Source: Isurus oxyrinchus (Eukaryota). From it: DNA of 64,000 nt. A model generated the notes under the pieces. That model saw only the letters and a list, made by a program, of their open reading frames with translations, did no database searches and was not told the origin of the DNA. Position numbers and translations under genes: made by a program. This document shows positions 1-10,805 of the stretch, one piece after another. The number at the start of each line of letters is the position of its first letter. Position 1 is the first letter of the stretch. The DNA lies in assembly GCA_026770705.1 (NCBI GenBank), contig JANJGN010000002.1, positions 228,222,001 through 228,286,000 on the forward strand. Reading direction: 5' to 3'.

Positions 1-797
1 CTCTCAACCAAAAGATGCTAACTCCAACCGTTCACTCCTTCAATACTGAACCAGAGGTGTAAGCTGAGATTTTTCTTCTCAAGAACTCTAAGCCCACAAC
101 CTTTGGACTCAGAGTCAGAGTAATACCCACTGAGCCAGGAAATTGGGTGACATGAACACATTTGCACATTGTGTAGTTCACCAAGCCCTTCGATCAGGTC
201 TCTTCTTTGTGATCAATGCTTACATTTGTGTGCATGTGCATATGTGTATACCATTGATTCTCAATGTTTTGATATCACTTCCACACATTGATAGTAGTGT
301 GTTAGTACTTTTGCACCTGCTTTGCAGGGTGTATGTGCTGTATCTGCATGAAGAGATAGGAGCTAGATAAGGATTGTGTCCGTTCCTTTTTGCACAAGCT
401 TATCTCACTGCAACATACTTAGCAGCTTGACAAAGGAAACAGCTTGGGAGACTGTGGGTAGAAACCACTGCCCATATTCCAGGAAGAAGTGTCAGGTTTT
501 TTTTTCTTGCAATACCAGATGCAGCAATCAGATTAGCAATAAGGTCATGCGCAACGTGCCTCTTGATTGGTCGAATTGGTATGGTATGTTCAAGTTGGTT
601 TAAAAAACAAAAGTTGAGGAGTTGCAAGTTTCAATGAAAGTCCATTGGCGTTTTAGGTTTCCAATCTTTTCCATGCCTCATAACCATTGACGCTGCTGGG
701 CCGTTTGTACGTTTTATGATCTTCCCCAAACTTATATGCTGTCAAAGTGAAACAAAAGTCAGGCTGCAAAAATAAAAGATACATTCGAAACTGCCGG

Positions 798-811
798 GTT
801 GTCATGGAAAC
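798..811. promoter_or_regulatory. RFX X-box motif in a repeat-poor putative promoter
   Basis: GTTGTCATGGAAAC matches the RFX palindrome GTTGCCATGGCAAC at 12/14. CCAAT/ATTGG motifs lie at ~566, ~644 and 661. Confidence 0.45.
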
Positions 812-906
812 TGGCAAAAGGTTTTCTGAATGGTTAATTTGTTGTTTGTAGACCCATAGGGTTTGAAGAGCAGTTAACTCAAGTCTATCACTCCTTCCTC
901 TTCCAG

Positions 907-1042
907 CCAAACTATTTTCATCCTTTCACTCCAAAGGAAGCCATTATTCCAGGGAGCAGACAATATTCGCAGGCCTGAACGCCTCCAGTGCTGTTCAATG
1001 TTTTAAGCAAAGAGGCATCAACATCAAGAAAAGACAAAGCAG
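907..1042 (+). other. Candidate host exon (possibly 5' non-coding)
   Basis: Pyrimidine tract ctccttcctcttccAG ends at 906 and the donor CAG|GTAAGG starts at 1043. One frame is open but I do not recognise the peptide. Confidence 0.35.
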
Positions 1043-2224
1043 GTAAGGGTTAAGTAATATAAGTCAGCCTTCCACTTACATTTTTTTGATAAACTTTTAG
1101 AATTTACTGGAACATGGCAGCATTATTTTTCAATTTAATTGGGAGGGAGTATCTTGACTGAAGCAACACACTGATTGATGTAATTTCACTAACACTCATT
1201 GCCATGTTAATAATTTAAAAGAAGCTTTTGTAATGAGCACAGTCTACCAACCATTTGAAAGGTTAACCTCTACCTGTGTTGATTTACCTGGGATTCTCTC
1301 TAGTTACTTGTGCTCTGCAGAATGATCAGGCGGAGAGTTTGTTCTCTCTGTTTGACATTTTTGTCCAGGGTTAAAGATAAATATTGCCTGCATGTGTTGA
1401 AGTGGGAGGAGGGTTTGGGGGGGAGGGGGTCAGTGGCTGGTGGGAGGGCCGTCGCTGCTATTTTGGAGGGAATTCCCCGCCCACAAGAGCCATCGGTCAT
1501 GGTGAATTTGCTCTGAAGTACTGGTCTTTCAATGGGGTGAATGATGTAATTGAGTTGCACTTTAATCAAGAAAAGCTTCCAGCTAACTCCGTGAGGTGAC
1601 AGTGTCCCTTTAAAAGATGGTTTCCAGCCTCTTCAAAGTGAGATTCAACTTTTCACAAAAACCCAAGTGACAGCGCATTGCAAAATGGCAGACAGCTGCA
1701 GCTATCGCCTAAGTGTTGCCTTGTGAGGGTTTGTTCCACTGAACGGTCAGTCTCCTGTCATTTAGCTTTAGCTCTGCGCAATTAATGCATGTGAGATTTT
1801 TGGCTGGTAAACCAAGCCTTAAATAAACTCTGACTTCATTACCATCTACAAGTCCAATAGTAACTCTTTGTTTTTTTTCTAACTTTTGAACTTTCACTGC
1901 AACTGCTACAAGAAAGGGGAATATGATATTCCATTGGAGATAGTCCAAGTTACCTCAAACGCACATTTTTTTTTTCAGCATTTAGAAATATCATTTCTGC
2001 TTTTCTACTTCCCCATTGCTGGCTGCTGTCATTTTACAAAAATATTCTCTGAGAAAGACCCTGCAAAGTGTTGACACCCACCGGTGGAGTAACAATGTCC
2101 CAACTCTGTAAAAATGTCATTGCTTCACTTGTACATGATGCTGTTGCATCATAAAAGGGAATTGGGTCATCATTTTAACAGCCAAAAATGGTAATGGTTT
2201 TGTTCTAACAAGATAAATTGCGAT

Positions 2225-2612
2225 AGTTAAATGCAGAATTTGAGTGTCGCTGAGACAAACAAAAGACTTCTTTTGCCAAAGCTTTTTGTCTTGCAAGCAT
2301 CAGGGCAATTTGCAAGAAAATACCAACGTCAGATGAAAGACTATATTTATACTGGATGAGAAGAGAGTGCTGATTGGTTGGCAAGTGGACTCTGATTGGT
2401 AGAGGCACTTCTGTGGTGAATGCACCAGTTGATAGTGACTGACAGTTAACTGCTAACGATTTGAAATTTAAACCAGGCAGCTTGATTCTGATTCATTGGG
2501 ATATTGCCCTGAGGAATGGACCAGTGAATGGCTGTCACTTATTTTGTTTAGCTGAAATAGATGCAACATGGTAAAAGTTCTTTCTGTTTGCATAGAACAG
2601 GGCTCTGTATAT
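2225..2612 (-). mobile_element. Probable Penelope-like pseudo-LTR fragment with degenerate hammerhead motif
   Basis: Minus strand 2272-2310 reads CTGATGC-tt-gcaag-ac-AAAA-agcttt, a decayed CUGANGA-stemII-GAAA-palindrome arrangement. Confidence 0.4.
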
Positions 2613-3029
2613 TAGGGAGAGGTGATGGTGCTAGGGTATTGTTGCTGGGCTAATAATCCAGACAGCCAGGGTAATGCTCTGGGGAGCCAGGTTCGAACCC
2701 CACCATGGCAGTTGGTGGGATTTCAATTCCATAAAAATCTGGAATTAAAAGTCTAATGGTGATCATGGAACCTTGTCGATTGTTGTAAAAACCCATCTCG
2801 TTCGGTAATGTCCTTTAGGGAAAGCAATCTGCCATCCTTACCTGGTTTGGCCAACACGTGACTCCAGACCCATAATTCTTAAATGCCCTCGGAAATGGCC
2901 TAGCAAGCCCCTCAGTTGTAACAAACTGTTACAAAGTCACAAAAAAGGAATGAAACTGGATGGACCACCCAGCATTGACCTAGGCAGCAGAACCAACATC
3001 AGCAATCACAGCCCTGTCAACCCCGAAAA

Positions 3030-5570
3030 GTCTTCCTTACTAACATCTGGGGGCTAGTGCAATAATTGGGAGAGCTGTCTCACAGACTAGACAAGCAACA
3101 GCCTGACATAGTCATCTTCACAAAATCATACCTCACAGGTAATGTCCCAGATACCACCATCACCATTCCTGGGTATGTCCTGTCCCACTGGCAGGACAGG
3201 CCCAGCAAGGGTGGTAGAACAGTGGTATACAGTCAGGAGGGAGTTGCCCAGAGGGTCCTCAACATCAACTCTGGACCACATGATGTCTCATGGGCAAGGA
3301 AACCTCCTGCTGATTACCACGTACTGCCCTCCCTCAGCTATTGAATCAGTACCCCTCCTTGTTGTACACTACTTGGAGCAAGCACTGAGGGTGGCAAGGA
3401 CACAGAATGCACTCTGGGTGGGGGAACTTCAATGTCCATCACCAAAAGTGGCTTGGTGGCACCACCACTGACCAAGCTGGCCGAGTCCTAAATGTTATAG
3501 CTGTTAGACTGGGTCTGTGGCAACAAGAGGGAAAACATGCTTGACCTCATCCTCACCAACTTGCCTACCGCAGATGCATCTGTCCATGAGAGTATCGATA
3601 GGAGTGACCACTGCACAGTCATTGTGGAGATTAAGTCCTGCCTTCACATTGAAGATGCTCTCCATCGTGTTGTGTGGCACTACCACCATGCTAAATGGGA
3701 TAGATTTTGAAGAGATCTAGCAACTCAATACTGGGCATCCATGAGGCATTGTGGGCCATCAGCAGCAGCAGAATTGTACTCGAACACAATGTGTAACCTC
3801 ATGGCCCGGCATAGCCCCCACTCTACCATTACCATCAAGTCAGGGGATCAATCCTGGTTCAATGAAGAGTGCAGGGGGGAATGCCAGGAGCAGCACCAGG
3901 CAAACCTAAAAATGAGGTGTCAACCTGATGAAGATATAACACAGGACGATTTGCATGCCAAACAGCAAGAATGGGCAGGGCTAAGCAATCCCTCAGCCAA
4001 CAGATCAGATCTAAGCTCTGTAGTCCTGCCACATCCAGTCGTGAATGGTGGTGGACAATTAAACAACTCGAGGAGGAGGCTCCACAAATATCCCCATTGT
4101 CAATGATGGAGGATCCTAGTGCATCAGAGCAAAAGATAAAGCTGAAGCATTTGCTACAATCTTCAGCCAGAAGTGCTGAGATGATGATCTATCTTGGCCT
4201 TCTCCGGAGGTCCCCAGCACCACAGATGCCAGTCTTCAGCCAATTCAATTCACTCCACGTGATATCAAGAAATAGCTGAAGGCGCTGGATATGACAAAGG
4301 CTATAGGCCCTGACAATATTCCGACAATAGTGCTGAAGACTTGTGCTCCAGAACTTGTCAGACCCCTAGCCAAGCTGTTCCAGTACAGCTACAAAACTGG
4401 CATCTACCCAGCTATGTGGAAATTTGCCCAGATATGTCCTGTATACAAAAAGCAGGACAAATCCAACCCAGCCAATTACTGCCCCATCTGTCTACTCTCG
4501 ATCATCAGTAAAGTAATGGAAGGGGTCATCAACAGTGCTATCAAGCAGTTCTTTCTTAGCAATAACCTGCTCACTGATGCCCAGTTTGGATTCTGCCAGG
4601 GCCACTCAGCTCTGACCTCACTACAGCCTTGGTTCAAACATGGACAAAAGAGCTGAACTCCCGAGGTGAGGTGAGAGTGACTGCCCTTGACATCAAGGCA
4701 GCATTTGACCAATTGTGGCATCGAGGAGCCTTAGCAAAACTGGAATCAATGGGAATCAGAGAGGAAACCCTCAGCGAGTTGGAGTCATACCTAGCACAAT
4801 GGAAGGTGGTTGTGGTTGATGGAGGTCAGTCATCTCAGCTCCAGGACATCACTGCAGGAGCTCCTCAGGGTAGTGTCCTCGGCCAAACCATCTTCAGCTG
4901 CTTAATCAATGAACTTCCTTCCATCATAAGGTCAAAGGTGGGGATGTTCGCTGATGATTGCACAATGTTCAGCACCATTCACCACTCCTCAGATAGTGAA
5001 GCAGTCCATGTCCAAATGCATCAAGACCTGGACAACATCCAGGCTTGGGCTGACAAAGGGCAAGTAACATTCGTGCCACATAAGTGCCAGGCAATGACCA
5101 TCCCCAACAAACGAGAATCCAACTATCGTCCCTTGATGTTCAATGGCATTACCATCACTGAATCCCCCACTATCAACATCCTGGATGTTACCATTGACCA
5201 GAAACTGAACTGAACTAGCCATATAAATACTGTGGCTACAAGAGTAGGTCAGAGGCTAGGAATCATGCAACGAGTAACTCACCTCCTGACTCCCCAAAGC
5301 CTGTGCATCATCTTCAAGGCACAAGACAGGAGTGTGATGGAATATTCCCCACTTGCCTGGATGAGTGCATCTAACGCTCAAGAAGCTTGACACTGTCCAG
5401 GACAAAGCAGCCCGCTTGATTGGCACCACATCCACAAACATTCACTGCCTCCACCACTGACACACAGTAGCAGCAGTGTGTAACATCTACAAGATGCATT
5501 TCAGGAATTCAGCAAGGCTCCTTTGACAGCACCTTCCAAGCCCACGACTACTATATTCCAGAAGGACAGT
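3030..5570 (+). pseudogene. Disrupted EN-RT ORF of LINE family A
   Basis: ORF-track pieces 3066-3344, 3741-4106, 3971-4279, 4291-4656 and 4629-5213 tile one EN-RT protein across frameshifts. Confidence 0.9.
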
Positions 5571-5583
5571 CGAGAGATGGGAA

Positions 5584-5698
5584 TAGAGTCATAGAATTAC
5601 AGAGATCTACAGCACAGAAAAAGGTCTTTTGGTCCATCGAGTCTGCGCTGGCCAAACAAGTACCAAACTATTCTAATCCAATTTTCCAGCACTAGGTC
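5584..5698 (-). mobile_element. CR1 (family B) 3' tail nested in LINE A
   Basis: Reverse complement of the tail at ~22715-22830. It interrupts LINE A sequence that is contiguous in the other copies. Confidence 0.8.
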
Positions 5699-6179
5699 CA
5701 CCTGGAAGTTCCCCTCCAAGTCATTCACCATCCTGAGTTGGAAATGTATCGCCATTCCTTCACTGTCGCTGCGTCAAAATCCTGGAATTCCCTTCCAAAC
5801 AGCACTGTGGGTGTACCTACACCACATGGACTGCAGTGGTTCTAGAAGGCAGCTCACCACCACCTTCTCAAGGGCAATTAGGATGGGCAATAAATGCTGG
5901 CCCAGCCAGCAAAGCCCACATGAATGAGAAAAAAATATATAGCTTCCAGTACACTGAGTCCGACTGACAATCTTAAATTGGATGTCAGCGTAATTCTTAG
6001 CACACTGAGGATTATCTACCAAATGTTGTCCAGTCACAGAATCACATCTAATGTTAGACGGTGTGTTTTGAGTTTTGCAAGCAGGAGCTGGTTGGGTACC
6101 TTGGTCCTTGCGAACAGCTTTGACAAAAAAAACTTCTCTTTTTACAGCAACACATAACCCGTTCGGGTTCATTAACAAA

Positions 6180-6820
6180 CCTGAATTTTCCCGGCCCCAC
6201 ATGGGGCGGCTTTGTGCAGAAGTGAAAACTTTGATTGAATTGGTGGGCCAACTCTGCAAGATGCTCCTGCCTTGGCGCGCTTTTCCCGGAGCCTGTCTCC
6301 CAGCAGCAACAGACAAGGCCCCCCCCGTTGTACTACAGACCCAGGGATGCAGTGGAGGCAACTTCATAGTTGTGGGGGGGGGGCAGAGGGAGGGGGTGTG
6401 ATCTGAGCTGCAAACCCATGTGAGACCTTTTATTAATTGGCCAGCAGTAAATTGCAGTGCTCCGGTTTGCTGAAACAGAAGGAGTGCCATTGCAGCCAAT
6501 CCCATGGAGGCTGATGTCTCTGTTAATGTAACTGTTGCTGCAATGGCAGCTGGTGCCTCCTACTGGAGGTGCCCCTACAGTGTCACTAACCCCTCCCCCC
6601 TTGCCGCTGGCAGCTCACCCGCACTGTGAAGATGGCTGGTGGCTTGACCCACAGGCCATGCTGAGCAGACTTCCCGGTGTTGGAACCTGGCCACGGTCCA
6701 TTTATAATCGTTTGCGCCCCACCCCCCCCTCCCCAGGAAGAACGCACACCACCATGAACGGCCACATCCTGGAACTGAGGCCGATGAGGGGATTGCAACA
6801 TACCCAGGAAAATCCCTGGT
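6180..6820. mobile_element. Non-autonomous TIR element (Harbinger-like)
   Basis: Ends cctgaattttcc ... ggaaaatccctgg resemble the termini of the other 3-bp-TSD elements in this window. Confidence 0.45.
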
Positions 6821-6885
6821 TTGAACTCTAATTATCACAATATCATTCATCCCATATTTTTGTCATTTTTTTATTTAGAACTATA

Positions 6886-8480
6886 GGCCTGGAAAATTTG
6901 GCTTTTTTCTATCCTGGCTTTTGGGCACCACAGGTACCTTTTTGCACCTAAAATGGCCGTCGCTGCATGTGCGCACTTCTGGTGTTAGCCACACTGGACA
7001 CTATTTATGTGAGGGCATTAGCACATATGTCGGAATTATGCACAGTAGGCAGACCATGTAATGTTGATTTGAAGCTAGCATTGCCATTTTGGAGCTCAGC
7101 GCTTCAGCTGAACACCCTCTCTAAACCACCCACGGCTGAACATGCTCCTTAACATTAACCGCAGGTTTTATGGCAGGTCGGCCTATGCATCAAACACTTT
7201 CTGGTGCGTTTCCATCAGCTTTTTTCTGTACACCGCCCCATAAAACAATCTCATGTGAGTCCGCTGTGGCAGAACCCCTGTGCAGTTTGCTCCTTGAACA
7301 AGCTTGTCCCCAGCCCTAGCTGCAGGGCACTCGTGCCCAGTATCCTTGAGGTATCTCCTCTAAGCTCTCTTCCAATGTAAACACAGTGCCAGTATCTGAG
7401 CTGGTGATTGTGAGTCTGAGACTGAGTGCTGGTGTTTCTTCTTCATCACTGTCTTCCTGCTCTTTCACTTCCTTCTCCTCCACTCTTTCCTCAGCCAGGT
7501 TGCAGCGCTTGGGTATCTTAAAAAAAGGGATGGCACAAGTGCAATATTTTGTTGCGGGGTGCGGGGAAAGCAAGAGATGCATGCTTCCCCCATCTTCAGC
7601 TTGTAAGTCAAAAGGAAGTATGGCATGAGGGGGAACTAGAAGTTGTCTAGGAGGACTATGTAAAAGGATACCATCACCTTCGATTGTTGCAGCCATGACC
7701 TGAGCGATGACCAGATATCAATCACCATCTCCTCCATCAGCGTTAGGATAGGCAGCCTTGCCCATCCCCTGCCAGTTGTTGCTGCCTCTGGTTATGTGCC
7801 ACAGTGTCCTGAATGAGAGAGGGCAGCTTTGTGCGATCTGTGAGATGTTGTTGTGAGGCTTGCAGCAGTGCTAAGTGCGTGAGAGCGAAATGATGCATAT
7901 GAATGTTATGGATGAGTTGTGAATAATAAAGTTTATTGGTGGGTGAGAATTGGGGGTTTGGTATATTGAGTAGAGTGTGAGGCTGGTAAAGCAGTTATTG
8001 GGATATGGCATTAGAAGATGCGTCACTAACCTTAACCTCTTGTGTAAGATCGTTGAACTTCTTGAGGCATAGCATCCAGAGCTTTGGGACTGTACTCGTG
8101 GCATTGATCGCCATAGCTATCTGTTCCCATTATCTTTGCACAGCTTCACTGAAGGGAATCATGGCCCCTTGTGGAATTCAGTGGTCTTGCTCACACCATC
8201 TTCTACAACAAGTTTCAGCATTTTCTCCAGTCAGAATACAACTCCCCTTTAAGAGGTACAGATATCTGACTTTAATCAGTGCAGGCGGCCTTTAAGTACT
8301 GCTAGCGTCAAACAAACTTGGGATCCCTGCTGAAGTACGTATTTATCCAGCAGTGCATTTAGTGCTGGCTGCATGCAGAAATCATGCAAATCAACAAGCA
8401 GCACATCGCAAAAACGGGAGAGGTTTAATTGCACATTGCAATATCCACGCCTGCTTTCGATCCCTGACCAATTTCGCAAT
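6886..8480 (-). mobile_element. Degenerate PIF/Harbinger element carrying a Myb/SANT-like gene
   Basis: Contains a spliced Myb-like remnant (next feature). Termini are approximate. Confidence 0.6.
7320..8130 (-). pseudogene. Three-exon Myb/SANT-like (trihelix) Harbinger accessory protein remnant
   Basis: WEQIAMAINATSTVPKLWMLCLKKFNDLTQEVK|gttagt; ctctctcattcag|DTVAHNQRQQQLAGDG; acidic exon EEKEVKEQEDSDEEE after ttttttaag. Confidence 0.7.
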
Positions 8481-8544
8481 CACAGATACACCTAGTTCTT
8501 TTTGGTATAAATAATCCACATACATTAATTTGCTCAGGTAAAGA

Positions 8545-8940
8545 AAAGAGTCTTGCATTTATATTCTGCCTTTCACTAGCTTAAAACATCTCAAAGGGCT
8601 TGTGAGTCAATGAAGTACCATTGAAGTATTGTTGTTGTTGTAATGTACAAGACACAGTAGCCAAATTACCCACAGCAAGTTTTCACAAACAGCAATATGA
8701 TAATGATCAGATCATTTATCTTCAGCAAATTTAGTTTGAGGTATAAATATTGGTCAGGACACCGGGAAAAAAGTCCATTGCTCTTTTTGAAATGGTGCCT
8801 TAGGATCTTTACTGAGAGGACAGGCTGGGCCTCATTTTAACATTTCATCCCAAGACTCCCTCAGTATTGCATTAAAGTGTCATCCAAAATGTTGTGCTCT
8901 GGTCTCTGGAGTGGGACTTGAATCCATGACCACCTGAGTG
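8545..8940 (-). mobile_element. DeuSINE (SacSINE1/AmnSINE1-like)
   Basis: Reverse complement of the Deu domain and tail seen at 51135-51588. Confidence 0.75.
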
Positions 8941-9920
8941 TAAAACTGGTCGTTCAAAACTTCAATGTAACTTCATTGGCCCTAAAGACCTTTGACCTTT
9001 ATTAAGCTAGTGAAAGGCAGAATATACATGCAAGTCTTTTTTCTTTATGTGAATAAATTTGTGTGTGTGGATTATTTATAACAAAAAGAACGATATGCAT
9101 CTATGATAGCAAAATTGGTTAGGGGTCAAGAGTATCGCAATGTGTAATTAAATCTCTCCTGTTTTTTGTGATGTAGGCAGCACACAAACTTGGTGCTGCT
9201 TGCTCAGTCCCCTTCACAAACCTGTAAACAACCCCACAGTGCAGAAGCCATTAGTGGGTTTTGGAACCGAGTCAAGCATTCACAATGAGATTCCATCTCC
9301 CAAATGCGTTAACAAAAGCTCTAGAGCTGAATACATTTAAACCTTTAAAGTTGGCTGAACAAATGGTCAGCCTGTCAATCAAAGAAGATAGACATCTGTT
9401 TTGCCAGGGGGTTGAACAACCATGTGGAGAGCTTAGCTGATGTCCCAGCAAATTGAGGCGGGCCTTATAACCTGCATTCAATTGTCTCTATTGCCACCTC
9501 TGGCCTGCTTTGGGAGGCAGCAGCTCCAATTTCAGCCTGCAGCACCTGGCTTGGGATGAAAACTTTGTGTGAACGAGTTGACTTGCAGAAGTTGGCGACT
9601 CGATGTCGGGAAATGCCCCAACTTGCAATTCCCAGCCCTGAGTGGAAAGTTTGTCCTATTAACTCTGTTTCTCCCTCCACAGATGCTGCTTGAGCTGCTG
9701 AATACTCACAGCATTCTGTGTCTCTGTTAAAATTAACCACATCAGTTCATGCTGGATCATTGCAGACAAGTGCCGACCATTACTTCAGTAAATTTCAATT
9801 ACCACAAATGAAGGGCAAGTTTAAAAGCACGTGCTCCTTTAACAATAAGCAATTTCAGGACCTTTTGAGCTGAATGACCGACCTGTATTTGCTCACCATC
9901 GGGAGGGGAAAATTTGGCCC

Positions 9921-9955
9921 AATGTTTCGGGTCAATGATCCTTCCTCAGAACTGG
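9921..9955 (-). ncRNA. Minimal hammerhead ribozyme remnant in a Penelope-derived repeat
   Basis: agtt-CTGAGGA-aggatcattgaccc-GAAAC-att. Both core boxes are intact; the 3' side is cut by a TIR element end. Confidence 0.5.
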
Positions 9956-10680
9956 AAAACTTTACAGCTGTAACTGTTTTGCAGCAAAGGTTACACAGGT
10001 GAGGAAAGAAACAAGATATGAATCTGGAGGAGGTGTAAATTGAAACAGTTCAACCTTGCTGCTGTCCAGAGAAATGGGAGCAGTGGTTATAATCTGAAAT
10101 TGTTGAATGCAATATTAAGTCTGGAAGGTTGTAAAATGAAGTCAATCTTAATTCATTTTCTGAAGCTGATTTGCCATGCAAATTAGCACCGGTGTCAGAA
10201 TAATGCATAATGAATTGTAGGCTCTGTTTTCAGTATTGACTAGCAAGATCACCATCAAACTCTTTCAGTGATGGTTTGAGAGAAGTCACCACCATGTACC
10301 TCATCTCGGAATTACAGACCTAGGCTATTTTAATAGGTCAGTCATGTGATTACGCTGTTCACAGCCCAAAACTGTCAGAGATTGGAGCTCTTCGAAGGGA
10401 TCATCTCGGGCCTTAATGATCTAAAAACCCTTAGGCTTACAGACATTAGTCTCATGAGTCATTAAAAGGAGGACGTGATCTGTGCCAGATTAGTGAGATA
10501 TGCCTATGATCCCATCCCCCTCCCCCGACCAACTTCTGTCTGATGGGTTAATTTCACGAAACTCAAGTTGTGAATTTTAAAAATACAATGATAGTTTCTC
10601 CATGAAAATGACTGTGTTGAAATCGTTCTGTTGACAATGTTGGTAGCAAATGCCTGTGACTAGGGAGGAACGTGGTTAAT

Positions 10681-10805
10681 AGCCGGGATTTCCCGGCCCC
10701 TGCCATGGTGGGACTGGCCCTGGGAGATTTGGCAGTACAGCCAAAACTCCATTGACTTTCGGTGAGACTGGACAACCCTGGCCACGGGCGGGGTGGTAAA
10801 ATGCC
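10681..10805. mobile_element. ~125-bp Harbinger-type MITE
   Basis: AAT TSD at 10678-10680 and 10806-10808. Same family as 41036-41164 and 58176-58304, in the opposite orientation. Confidence 0.75.

Larger units (their letters stand above)
2615..5935 (+). mobile_element. Near full-length CR1/L2-group LINE (family A): tRNA-like head, APE endonuclease and RT, decayed
   Basis: B box GGTTCGAACCC at 2690-2700. EN motifs LTNIWGL and PDIVIFTKSYL from ~3030. RT motifs LDIKAAFD, APQGSVLG and MFADD. The 3' tail ends ...cccacatgaatgagaaaaaaa. Frameshifts and stops are present. Confidence 0.92.

Noticed and set aside
5774-6505. Longest ORF in the track (243 aa, minus strand)
   Set aside because: It crosses a TIR element, unique DNA and the antisense LINE A tail, and has no domain-like composition.
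10337-10465. LRR-like peptide LELFEGIISGLNDLKTLRLTDISL
   Set aside because: About 42 codons between stops, lacks the conserved Asn, and has no convincing splice sites.
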